The notes under the pieces were generated by a model. It ran no database searches and was not told the DNA's origin. It worked only from the letters and a program-made list of their open reading frames with translations. A DNA stretch of 64,000 nt from NCBI GenBank assembly GCA_040758495.1, contig JBFLVL010000014.1, forward strand, positions 17,161 to 81,160, read 5' to 3'. Of the stretch, positions 38,362 to 46,529 are shown piece after piece (the first letter of the stretch is position 1; each line of letters opens with the position of its first letter). The DNA is from Chloroflexota bacterium (lineage in GTDB: Bacteria > Chloroflexota > Anaerolineae > Anaerolineales > JBFLVL01). The position numbers and the translations under genes were made by a program.

Positions 38362-39167
38362 TGGGGTTCTCCCCAGGAGAATAACTCATTTGCGTTTTCG
38401 GTTGTCCTTTGAGCCACTACCTCTAAGGGCTGTCGTTGTAGCTGACTTATTTTATCAGCTATCAGAACCACGTGGGTAGGTTCGTTTCGTTTTCCACGAT
38501 ACGGATGAGGCGTCAGAAAGGGGGCATCCGTTTCGATGAACAATTTATCCAATGGAAGTTGAGCTACCACTTGCTGTAGGTTCCTGGCGTTTGTAAACGT
38601 AACCGGACCGCTGATGCCCAGGAAAAAGCCTAACTCGATGGCCTGATGGGCAAACTCTAGGGTGCCAGAAAAGGAATGCAGTACCCCAGGTCGTCCAGCG
38701 AGGGGTGACCCCTGAGCCTGCAACTCCGCTAGCCATTCCGATAGGATGCCCAATAGTTCTTGAGCGGCCTGGCGGTTGTGGATGATGACCGGCAACTCAC
38801 ATTCCGCGGCAAGCTCTAACTGCTCTCGTAAGACATCCTGTTGGGTCTCTTGGAGAGCACGCTGCCGGTAGTAATCCAAACCGATCTCACCTATGGCCAC
38901 CACTTTAGGGTGTTTAACCAGCGACCGCAAAGTCCGTCCTGTACGGTCGTCCCACGTTTGGCTGCTGTTAGGGTGTACACCCAGGGCGATGAACACGTTG
39001 GGGGAAGAGTCAGCCAGCTCAACCGCGGCGTCAAAGGAGGGCAGATCAATGCCCGGGACGAGGATGCGGTATACACCCACCTGGCAAGCGCGATCCAGTA
39101 CGGCTGCTCGGTCATGGTCAAAGGTGTTAAAGTACAAATGGCAGTGAGTGTCCGTGAGGGGGTACAT
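38358..39167 (-). CDS. TatD family hydrolase
   Basis: DTHCHL N-terminus, GEIGLDY and ETDAPFL. Confidence 0.85.
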   Translation of the reverse strand: MYPLTDTHCHLYFNTFDHDRAAVLDRACQVGVYRILVPGIDLPSFDAAVELADSSPNVFIALGVHPNSSQTWDDRTGRTLRSLVKHPKVVAIGEIGLDYYRQRALQETQQDVLREQLELAAECELPVIIHNRQAAQELLGILSEWLAELQAQGSPLAGRPGVLHSFSGTLEFAHQAIELGFFLGISGPVTFTNARNLQQVVAQLPLDKLFIETDAPFLTPHPYRGKRNEPTHVVLIADKISQLQRQPLEVVAQRTTENANELFSWGEPH

Positions 39168-39172
39168 GCAAC

Positions 39173-40594
39173 TTATTTCAGACCAGCGATCCGCAAACCA
39201 TCCTCGAGAATGGCCTTAACCCGATCGGAGTGGGTGGTCTCCGTGTACACGCGGATCAACGGTTCGGTACCCGAGAAGCGAATCAGCAACCAGCCTCCAT
39301 CTTCCAGGGTAAATTTATATCCATCCAGCGTGTTCAACCCGGTGACGCTCAAACCACCGATCGTTTGAGGGTGGTAGTCCAGGATGTGCTGTTCCCGCAT
39401 TTGACGGTCACCACGAAACGGGGTGTCAATACGGTCGTAATAATGAGCCCCGACTTTGTCGAACAGCAGCTCCAGCAGCCCCTGAGGAGACTTCCCGGTC
39501 TGCGCCATGAAATCCAACATGTACAGGCCTGCCAGGATGCCATCCCGTTCGGGGACGTTGCCGCGGAAGGCATACCCACCGCTCTCTTCGCCACCAACCA
39601 GAGCGTCCACTTCCAACATTTTGGGAGCCACGTATTTGAACCCCACCCCTGTCTCGTAGACCGGGACGTTATATTTCTCGCCCAGCTTGTTGAGCATGGT
39701 GGTGGTGGAAAGGGTCTTGACGATCGGCCCACGCTGACCGCGTACTTCCAGGAAGTAATAGGCCAGCAATCCATAAACCCGAAGCTGGTCTATAAACTGA
39801 CCCCGCTCATCGCCCAGGCCGATGCGGTCGGCGTCACCATCCGTGGCGATGAGCACGTCGCCACCCTGTTCAACGGTAGCCCGTAAACCGGCCTCAATGT
39901 TCGGCGGGATGGGTTCCGGGCGTCCAATGTGGGGGAAAATGGGGTTGCGATGGTTGTGAATCTCGATCACCCGGGTCTTTCCGCCAGATAACAGGCGCGG
40001 GAACCAGCCTGCTCCGTTTCCCCACATGGGGTCAGCCAGCACGGTGAGACCTGCATCTTTGAGGGGCTGCAGCTCCACCAGGGTTTGAAGATGCTGGATA
40101 TACGCGGGAGCCGGATCGAATTGGAGGATCTTCTCCTTACTCTGGCCTATGTTGAAAGGCAGACGTTTTGCCTTTTCTACAGAGTCAGGAATGAGCGCTT
40201 CGATGTGTTTTAGCCCCTGGGGGTCTATGGCCCCTCCGTGTTCGTCGCGCACTTTGAAGCCGTTGTCACTGGGAGGGTTGTGGGAGGCAGTGATGTTGAC
40301 CGCCCCAACAGCCTGCCGGGCGATGACGGAGTAGGATATCACCGGCGTGGGGGTGGCATCCTGGGTCAGATACACCCTCAGCCCATTGGCTGCCAGTACC
40401 TCAGCCACCGCCTGGGCAAAATTTTCGGAGTGAAAGCGTTTGTCGTACCCCACCACGACCCATTCATCCGCATGTCCTTTTTCCAGCAGGTAGTCAGCGA
40501 AACCCTGGGTGCAGCGGCGTACGCTATCGAAGGTATAATCCTCGGCGATGCGCCCGCGCCAGCCATCGGTGCCAAAACTGATTTTGGATGTCAT
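39173..40594 (-). CDS. phosphoglucomutase/phosphomannomutase family protein
   Basis: [14 protein letters not shown] and GDGDADR-type (TDGDADR) motifs. Start at MTSKISF (the ORF-track extension to 40696 is rejected). Confidence 0.85.
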   Translation of the reverse strand: MTSKISFGTDGWRGRIAEDYTFDSVRRCTQGFADYLLEKGHADEWVVVGYDKRFHSENFAQAVAEVLAANGLRVYLTQDATPTPVISYSVIARQAVGAVNITASHNPPSDNGFKVRDEHGGAIDPQGLKHIEALIPDSVEKAKRLPFNIGQSKEKILQFDPAPAYIQHLQTLVELQPLKDAGLTVLADPMWGNGAGWFPRLLSGGKTRVIEIHNHRNPIFPHIGRPEPIPPNIEAGLRATVEQGGDVLIATDGDADRIGLGDERGQFIDQLRVYGLLAYYFLEVRGQRGPIVKTLSTTTMLNKLGEKYNVPVYETGVGFKYVAPKMLEVDALVGGEESGGYAFRGNVPERDGILAGLYMLDFMAQTGKSPQGLLELLFDKVGAHYYDRIDTPFRGDRQMREQHILDYHPQTIGGLSVTGLNTLDGYKFTLEDGGWLLIRFSGTEPLIRVYTETTHSDRVKAILEDGLRIAGLK

Positions 40595-40719
40595 AAACAC
40601 TCCCAGCCAGAGAACTTTAACGGGAAGTATTATAACAGAGGTAGAAAAGGGGAAGATGCCTGGGAGCTGGATGTTTATAAAATAGGAGTTACGCATTCTT
40701 CAAGACCGAGAACTGGGGT

Positions 40720-40850
40720 TAGGGTGGTCTCCCTTGCCCCCCATGCGGGGGACAGGCCCCCCTTACGGGGACAGGCCAGACCGCAAGGGCAGGCGATACA
40801 CTCGCTTCGTGCCCCTACGGGGTACTTCGCTCGCGCTCGATCACCGGATA
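40720..40850. repeat. copy of the GC-rich mini-hairpin repeat family
   Basis: CCCCATGCGGGGGACAGGCCCCC and GGCCAGACCGCAAGGGCAGGCGATAC match 35318-35340 and 35506-35535. Contains CCCCTACGGGG. Confidence 0.45.
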
Positions 40851-40927
40851 ACTCGGATAACTCCGCCAGCATGCTATAATCCCAGACCAGATAGGAAAAT
40901 TTCACCAACAGGAGCGTGTGAGACAGG

Positions 40928-42079
40928 ATGGACAGGATTTACCTTGATTACGCGGCGACCACACCAGTTGACCCCCGTGTGCTGGAGGTCATGCTGCCCT
41001 ACTTCCAGCACACCTTCGGCAACCCCTCCTCGGCGCATTTCTTCGGACAGCAAGCCGAAGGTGCCATAGAGGCCGCCCGCGAAACCGTGGCTGGCTGCCT
41101 GAACTGCTCTCCAGGCGAGGTCATTTTCACCGCCTGTGGGACCGAATCCGATAACCTGGCCTTGCGAGGCGCGGCCTTTGCCGCCCGCCAGGCACGGGGC
41201 GCGGATCACATCCTCATCAGCCCGGTCGAACACCACGCCGTCAGCCATACCGCCCAACAACTTGCTGAAGTGCACGGCTTTGAACTGGAATACCTGCCGG
41301 TTGACGAATACGGCAGGGTGCGCCCGGAGGATGTCGCCGCACGCCTGCGCCCAGACACTGCCATCGTTTCGATCATCTACGCCAACAACGAAATCGGGAG
41401 CCTCAACCCCTTGGCGGAAATCGGGGCTGTCTGCAAGCCGCGGGGTATCCCCCTGCACACCGACGCGGTGCAGGCAGGAGCCTACCTGCCCCTGGACGTA
41501 CAGGCTTTACAGGTGGATATGATGTCCCTGGGAGCGCACAAATTTTACGGGCCAAAAGGGGTGGGAGCCTTGTTCGTGCGAAAGGGCATTTCCCTGCTGC
41601 CTCACACGACGGGCGGTGGACAGGAATTTGGCCTGCGTGCTGGAACCCATAACGTGCCCTACGTCCTGGGCATGGCCGAGGCATTGCGCCTGGCCCAGGC
41701 AGAGCGCCAGACTCATGCATCCCACCTGCAAACCCTGCGCGATCGGATAATTGGACATCTCTTGGAGGAAATACCCGATACCCGCCTTACCGGGCACCCC
41801 ACTCAAAGGCTGCCCAACCATGCCAGCTTTGTGTTCAAGGGCGTGGACGGGAACGAGCTGCTCACCCTGCTCGATGTGCAGGGGTTCGCCTGCTCCTCTG
41901 GCTCAGCCTGCAAGACGGGGAGCCCCGAACCCTCCGAAGTGCTCCTCGCCCTGGGGCTACCCCGCGAATGGGCCCTGGGATCCCTGCGGGTGACAGTAGG
42001 AAAGCAAACCACCCCTGAACAAGTGGAAAGCTTTTTAGAAGTGTTACCATCCGTGGTGGGGAGGGTCAGAAAAGCCTAG
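40928..42079 (+). CDS. cysteine desulfurase (NifS/IscS class)
   Basis: YLDYAATTP, a PLP-Lys region (SLGAHKFYGPKG) and the active-site loop SSGSAC. Confidence 0.9.
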   Translation: MDRIYLDYAATTPVDPRVLEVMLPYFQHTFGNPSSAHFFGQQAEGAIEAARETVAGCLNCSPGEVIFTACGTESDNLALRGAAFAARQARGADHILISPVEHHAVSHTAQQLAEVHGFELEYLPVDEYGRVRPEDVAARLRPDTAIVSIIYANNEIGSLNPLAEIGAVCKPRGIPLHTDAVQAGAYLPLDVQALQVDMMSLGAHKFYGPKGVGALFVRKGISLLPHTTGGGQEFGLRAGTHNVPYVLGMAEALRLAQAERQTHASHLQTLRDRIIGHLLEEIPDTRLTGHPTQRLPNHASFVFKGVDGNELLTLLDVQGFACSSGSACKTGSPEPSEVLLALGLPREWALGSLRVTVGKQTTPEQVESFLEVLPSVVGRVRKA

Positions 42080-42238
42080 TCACTTCGGAGTTGCTTTGCA
42101 GGGGATATTTTTTAGTATAATGATTATCGGGGAGGTGGTTTTGTGCTAATCAGCCTAAGTTTTGTGCAACTCGGATGGATGTGGCGGCGCATTGAACTGA
42201 GCTTCCGCATTGGCTCTGCCCGCCACGTCAATCCTTAA

Positions 42239-42367
42239 ACGTTATGGGGTCATATTGATATTCGGACAACAGCAAGGTATACTCGAGTAAGTAAGCGTAC
42301 GTTGTCTGAAGTGCGCAGCCCGTTGGATAGTCCCCCGCTAGCAGGTGGGGAGGGAGAGGAAGGGTAA
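42239..42367 (+). pseudogene. C-terminal remnant of a tyrosine recombinase with an integron-integrase-like ending
   Basis: 42242-42364 translates to LWGHIDIRTTARYTRVSKRTLSEVRSPLDSPP... (Box II GH..TT..YT.V with the catalytic Tyr). An in-frame TAA lies at 42236-38, and no upstream coding remainder exists. Confidence 0.55.
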
Positions 42368-42462
42368 AGAGATAAGGGTGATAGTGAGCAAGTGCAAACT
42401 ATCAGGTGTTATTGCGTCATGAGCACTATCGCTGTGTTGGGCGGCCTGAAATACAGAGTGGT

Positions 42463-43035
42463 ATGAAGATTACAGGAAAGCATGTTGTACTAAGAGATGA
42501 AAAGAAAGAAAACGATAGTGACGATTTCTTCCATTGGCGGAACCTGGGAGAGTGGCAATATTATGATGAACCCGATGAAACATTCGAGAGCATAAGTCGG
42601 GAAAAATATGAGCAGCAGAGAAAAGAACGCAATCAAAAAACAAAGCCACCGATTTTGAATAGTCATACTTGGCAAATTGATACCCTTAAAGGTCAACATG
42701 TCGGTTGGGTAAATTATTATCAGCTTGATGAGCAATTGGGACAAGCGTTTGTAGGAATATGTCTACCAGAGGAAGGAACTTGGAATAAAGGATATGGCAC
42801 AGAAGCCCTAAATCTTCTGATAAATTACTTATTTCGTGAGATAGGATTGAAGAAAGTCAAGACAGCAACTTGGACTGGAAATAAACGAATGGTACGCTGT
42901 GCTGAAAAGTGTGGCTTTGAGAAATATATTCTAATGCCACATCGAGTAGAACACTCTGTTCGAGGTGAGCCGTTAGAAAGGATAGAATTTACTCTTACCT
43001 GTTCGGAGTGGTTATCACGGAAGACGAGAGAATAG
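42463..43035 (+). CDS. GNAT family N-acetyltransferase (RimJ/RimL-like)
   Basis: Acetyl-CoA motif-A-like region WNKGYGTEAL. A GTTGGGC box at 42436-42442 lies 20 nt upstream of the ATG. Confidence 0.8.
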   Translation: MKITGKHVVLRDEKKENDSDDFFHWRNLGEWQYYDEPDETFESISREKYEQQRKERNQKTKPPILNSHTWQIDTLKGQHVGWVNYYQLDEQLGQAFVGICLPEEGTWNKGYGTEALNLLINYLFREIGLKKVKTATWTGNKRMVRCAEKCGFEKYILMPHRVEHSVRGEPLERIEFTLTCSEWLSRKTRE

Positions 43036-43077
43036 CAGAGCAAAATGAGACAGACAAAGTTCAAATGTGAAAAGGCC

Positions 43078-43202
43078 GCCCAACCACACATGCAGGCGAC
43101 CGGGCTGGCGCCCGAGGGTAAGCGGCGCGATTTTAGGCGATTGGTTACGAGCAAAGGATGTCCAGAGCTACAAACGCCCGGCGCCTGATGTAAACGTTAA
43201 TA
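43078..43202 (+). repeat. attC-like site 1
   Basis: GCCCAAC...GTTAATA. Arms are ACAT[G]CAGGCG[A]CCGGGC versus reverse-complement ACAT-CAGGCG-CCGGGC. Ends 4 nt before the next ATG. Confidence 0.75.
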
Positions 43203-43206
43203 AATT

Positions 43207-44277
43207 ATGACAGAAAATGTTATTGATCTTACCGGATTTACTTTGCTTGATGTGTACGGCCTTGAACACATTGATGTCTCAGGTAATTTTTCGGAAGAAA
43301 AATTGGCACAGTTATTCATTGACGAATGGATACCATATTATGAGTGTCATAAATGTAGTCGAGTAGATTATTGCAAATACCCTCAACCAGTTTCGCCTGG
43401 CTCATACCGCATGATGGATATCCAGTGTGGTGTTGTCGTTGCTGGAATAAAAAATTTTGTGCGTTCAATTTTCCCGTTACTGAAGGAATTAGACAAAGTT
43501 GCCCTTCAAGGGATTCTAGATGGTGCTCATTATCTGACAAGATTTCTCTTTGATACTGAAATAAAAATTGGAAGTGCCATGGATTCAGCCTACATTGACT
43601 ATCTTGAAGATTTTGCTCCAGCGTTTTTTGGGCGGATTGCACATCTGCGCGATCATTTGAATAATATGAGTTCAGCTTTTCAGCACGTTCCCATATTGCA
43701 AGCAAAGAGAGGGGTTTTGTTTGTACAAGGGGAATCGGAACAAGCATTTGTCGAAAGATTGAAATTGTCTAGATTGGCATGGTTCTTAAATGTATATGTT
43801 GACTCATACAGAGGGGACGGCAGTCGTCGTTTACCACGAATCGAAATGTTATTAGAGAGATTTAATTCTCAGGGCTATAAGATATTCATACAGGGTGATG
43901 CTGATGGTGGTGAATCATCCATTTTTACAAATTTGATACAACGTGGTCTTGTAGAAGTGGAAAACACTTTCACTTTTGAATATGATTTCGAAACAGCCGT
44001 TCCAGATAAGTTAGCCTATGATGCTCTTAGAGAAATGGAATTGCTTAGCGATGTTTCATTTGAACAATATTTGATTGGGGTTGGACAAAGAGATAAATCA
44101 TTAGCACCGAGGTTGTTTAGTGCATTCGGAATCGATATAAACTCGATAAAGATACAATTCGCGCAAACCGTGGCCGATATAATAAATTGGAGTCAATGGA
44201 CATGGTGGAATGACGATGAATTTACCGAATCGGAATTAGGAAAATTCTTATTTTTTATTCGGAGCGTCAATTATTAG
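43207..44277 (+). CDS. orphan protein with a C-terminal TOPRIM-like (OLD-nuclease-type) region
   Basis: The ORF fills the cassette. VLFVQGESE (aa 170-178) and IQGDADGGES (aa 228-237) resemble the TOPRIM E...DxD. The N-terminus is Cys-rich (CHKC..C..C). Confidence 0.55.
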   Translation: MTENVIDLTGFTLLDVYGLEHIDVSGNFSEEKLAQLFIDEWIPYYECHKCSRVDYCKYPQPVSPGSYRMMDIQCGVVVAGIKNFVRSIFPLLKELDKVALQGILDGAHYLTRFLFDTEIKIGSAMDSAYIDYLEDFAPAFFGRIAHLRDHLNNMSSAFQHVPILQAKRGVLFVQGESEQAFVERLKLSRLAWFLNVYVDSYRGDGSRRLPRIEMLLERFNSQGYKIFIQGDADGGESSIFTNLIQRGLVEVENTFTFEYDFETAVPDKLAYDALREMELLSDVSFEQYLIGVGQRDKSLAPRLFSAFGIDINSIKIQFAQTVADIINWSQWTWWNDDEFTESELGKFLFFIRSVNY

Positions 44278-44288
44278 CTTAGCATTGC

Positions 44289-44414
44289 GCCTAACCCCAA
44301 TTGCACGGGACTCGCCTTCGGCTCTGGTACGCGGCGCAAAAGATGCTAATTTAGGTTACAATTGAATTGGCCGACAATGCAAGAGTCGGCGAGCCCGTGA
44401 ATTACCCGTTGAAA
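44289..44414 (+). repeat. attC-like site 2
   Basis: GCCTAAC...GTTGAAA. Arms are AATT[G]CACGGG[A]CTCGCC versus AATT-CACGGG-CTCGCC. Confidence 0.75.
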
Positions 44415-44587
44415 CTGTCGAAAAAGTAAGAAAAGAGGTCGAAAATAGTGCCGCTCAAGCACAAAATTCAGTGTTCTCGCCATGAATAAGGTATTATTCG
44501 ACAGTCTCGTTGGGCGCAGACGGTAGAATTTGCGCTATAATGGCAATGCACAATCTCCAACAACATGCTTCGTGAAGAAGGTATCTT

Positions 44588-44863
44588 TTGAGCAAGATTG
44601 GGCAAATTCAAGACCTCGTTCGCAATGGCTTATATTACCTCACCGAACACGCTGACGATGAAGCCATCGCAGACGAATTTGATATCTATGATGTGGAGCA
44701 AGGCATTCTTACAGGGAAGATTCGGAGAACATGGACAAAGGAAGGCAAATACGAAGTAGTGGGACTGGCATTGGATGGCCGCCCTATTGGCATCGTTTGC
44801 CGTATTACCCAAACAGGCAAAGTGCGTGTGATTACAGTTTATGAAGACAGACTCAAGCAATGA
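44588..44863 (+). CDS. DUF4258-like putative toxin
   Basis: 91 aa with a TTG start. The C-terminus ...KVRVITVYEDR is typical of DUF4258. Paired with a YgiT-type zinc-finger gene. Confidence 0.6.
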   Translation: MSKIGQIQDLVRNGLYYLTEHADDEAIADEFDIYDVEQGILTGKIRRTWTKEGKYEVVGLALDGRPIGIVCRITQTGKVRVITVYEDRLKQ

Positions 44864-44872
44864 AAGGGAAAA

Positions 44873-45115
44873 ATGATGAGTTTTTGGAAAGGCGAAGCAT
44901 GTGAATATTGCGGCGGGCCCATTGTTGAGAAGCGTGTGACATTGCATCGTAAGGTACACGGGCAATATGTGCTGCTCGAAAATGTGCCAGCAGGTGTATG
45001 TACTCAATGTGGCACACGTTACTATGCGGCGAACGTGCTGAAGACAATCGAAGAAAGTCTACGTGGGCGTCGCCAAGCAGAGCGCGAGGTACTTGTGCCT
45101 GTGTATTCGCTGTAG
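44873..45115 (+). CDS. YgiT-type zinc-finger protein (MqsA-like putative antitoxin)
   Basis: CEYCGG...GVCTQCG ribbon, 80 aa. Confidence 0.7.
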   Translation: MMSFWKGEACEYCGGPIVEKRVTLHRKVHGQYVLLENVPAGVCTQCGTRYYAANVLKTIEESLRGRRQAEREVLVPVYSL

Positions 45116-45127
45116 CTTGTGGAGTGC

Positions 45128-45254
45128 GCCCAACACTGCATGCAGGCGACGGGGCTACCGCCTCCCCCCCAGCGAAGGCTCTGGTCGTTCCGGCAAGTCT
45201 TGCCCGCAAAGGGGTCTTTAGCATCCGCCCCGCGCCTGATGCTTGCCGTTGAAA
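45128..45254 (+). repeat. attC-like site 3
   Basis: GCCCAAC...GTTGAAA. Arms are GCAT[G]CAGGCG[A]CGGGGC versus GCAT-CAGGCG-CGGGGC. Confidence 0.8.
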
Positions 45255-45289
45255 CGCTCTTCTTTAATTGAAAATATTTGGGGTGGGGG

Positions 45290-45318
45290 TTGACGTGTAA
45301 TTAGGTATCATATACAAT
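45290..45318 (+). promoter_or_regulatory. sigma70-like promoter of the PIN/RHH cassette
   Basis: TTGACG (45290-95), a 17-nt spacer, then TACAAT (45313-18). The ATG at 45325 is 7 nt downstream, with no SD sequence. Confidence 0.4.
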
Positions 45319-45324
45319 ACCACC

Positions 45325-45750
45325 ATGCCTGTACACCAAATCGTTGTTGATACTAACGTATTCGTTACTGCTTTGCGTTCCCAGTTTGGCGCATCGTATA
45401 AACTTTTATCGCTTATTGATAAGGGCCTCTACGAATTGAATTTGTCGGTTCCGTTAGTTCTTGAATATGAAGAAGTTGCCAAAAGAATGATTGGCGAAAT
45501 CTCTTTGAGTGAAAGTGAAATTGATGACATCCTTGATTTTGTCATTAGCAGATCAAACCGCTGGCATATCTTTTATCTATGGCGACCACAACTCAAAGAT
45601 CCCAGCGATGATATGGTGTTGGAATTAGCGGTTACAGCTAGCTGCAATTACATCATCACACACAACCTCAATGATTTCAAAGGAAGTGAGAAATTCGGTA
45701 TTAAGGCAATCACACCAAAAGCGTTTTTAGAAATGGTAGGTGAACTATGA
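45325..45750 (+). CDS. PIN-domain toxin
   Basis: VVDTNVFV N-terminus, and an acidic DD segment (KDPSDDMVLELAV) with the ITHN segment. Confidence 0.8.
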   Translation: MPVHQIVVDTNVFVTALRSQFGASYKLLSLIDKGLYELNLSVPLVLEYEEVAKRMIGEISLSESEIDDILDFVISRSNRWHIFYLWRPQLKDPSDDMVLELAVTASCNYIITHNLNDFKGSEKFGIKAITPKAFLEMVGEL

Positions 45751-45983
45751 GCACATTAAGTCTAAGACTTCCTGAGTCTTTACACAAATCTGCTCGTGAG
45801 TTAGCAGAAAAAGAAAATATATCGATCAACCAACTAATCACTCTGGCATTGGCGGAGAAACTTGCTGCATTAGGTGCAGAAGATTATTTAGAAGCGCGTG
45901 CAAAACGAGGAAGCAAGACAAAGTTCCGCAAGGCAATGTCGAAAGTAGCGAAAGTTGAACCTCCAGATTATGATCGATTGTAA
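45747..45983 (+). CDS. ribbon-helix-helix antitoxin
   Basis: LSLRLPESLHKSARELAEKENISINQLITLALAEKL. ATGA overlap with the PIN gene. Confidence 0.7.
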   Translation: MSTLSLRLPESLHKSARELAEKENISINQLITLALAEKLAALGAEDYLEARAKRGSKTKFRKAMSKVAKVEPPDYDRL

Positions 45984-46014
45984 ATAGACAAAGGAGTTTT
46001 ACAATACAAAAGCG

Positions 46015-46144
46015 TGCCAACACAGCGTGCACCGGACTCATGGGATTCGTCCCGCTAAATTGAGTTGGTTCTGGCTTTTGGGTTTACCGCTATAGTAACT
46101 TTATCCAAGTCCCACCCACGAGCCGGTAACGCCAGCCGTTGAAA
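46015..46144 (+). repeat. attC-like site 4
   Basis: tGCCAAC...GTTGAAA. Arms are GCGT[G]CACCGG[A]CTCATGGG versus GCGT-TACCGG-CTCGTGGG. Confidence 0.7.
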
Positions 46145-46236
46145 CTGTCGAAAAAGTGTGAAAAGGGGCAGAAAATAGTGGCGATAATGCCCAAGGTTCT
46201 GTATCCTCTTCGTAAGAATGCAGTATAGAGGCATCG

Positions 46237-46503
46237 ATGGCTAAATACAAACCCTACCGTTATGACCAATTGGTCATGATCCCCATCTCACTCCAAAATC
46301 AGCTCGAACCCGGGACGCTGGAATACACCATCAACGCATTGGTGGAGAACCATCTCGATTTGTCGGTGTTCGAGGAGCGACATCGCCACAGATGTGTACA
46401 TCCTGTGTGGGCTGATCGTGCTGGCCATCGTGATTGCCGGTTTCATCGTCCGACGGAGCGGGGTAGAAAGTTCGAGGTCAGCCTCAAGGGCTTTCTAAAA
46501 TAA
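46237..46503 (+). pseudogene. N-terminal remnant of an IS1182-like (DUF772-type) transposase
   Basis: MAKYKPYRYDQLVMIPISLQNQLEPGTLEYTINALVENHLDLSVFEER matches the N-termini of this transposase type (from memory). Homology is lost after ~48 aa. Confidence 0.55.
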
Positions 46504-46529
46504 GTGAAGCGGAGGAGGTCAGGTCAGAA

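Noticed and set aside
40238-41458. ORFs 40238-40879 (+) and 40874-41458 (-).
   Set aside because: They are antisense to the phosphohexomutase and cysteine desulfurase genes, or run through the repeat-filled intergenic region. No motifs.
42121-42240. Possible further upstream part of the integrase remnant (..SLSFVQLGWMWRRIEL.. in another frame) and GCCTAAG...GTTATGG as an attI/attC.
   Set aside because: Similarity to the H-x-x-R-H-S-F-A-T / G-x-D-x-R region is too weak and needs indels. The flanking boxes show no arm complementarity.
42322-42328. GTTGGAT as a candidate attC/attI core.
   Set aside because: It is simply the codons for P-L-D of the recombinase remnant. There is no complementary arm upstream.
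44630-45224. Minus-strand ORFs of 125 and 123 aa across the DUF4258/YgiT cassette and attC site 3.
   Set aside because: They are antisense to two motif-bearing genes and run through the palindromic site. No motifs.
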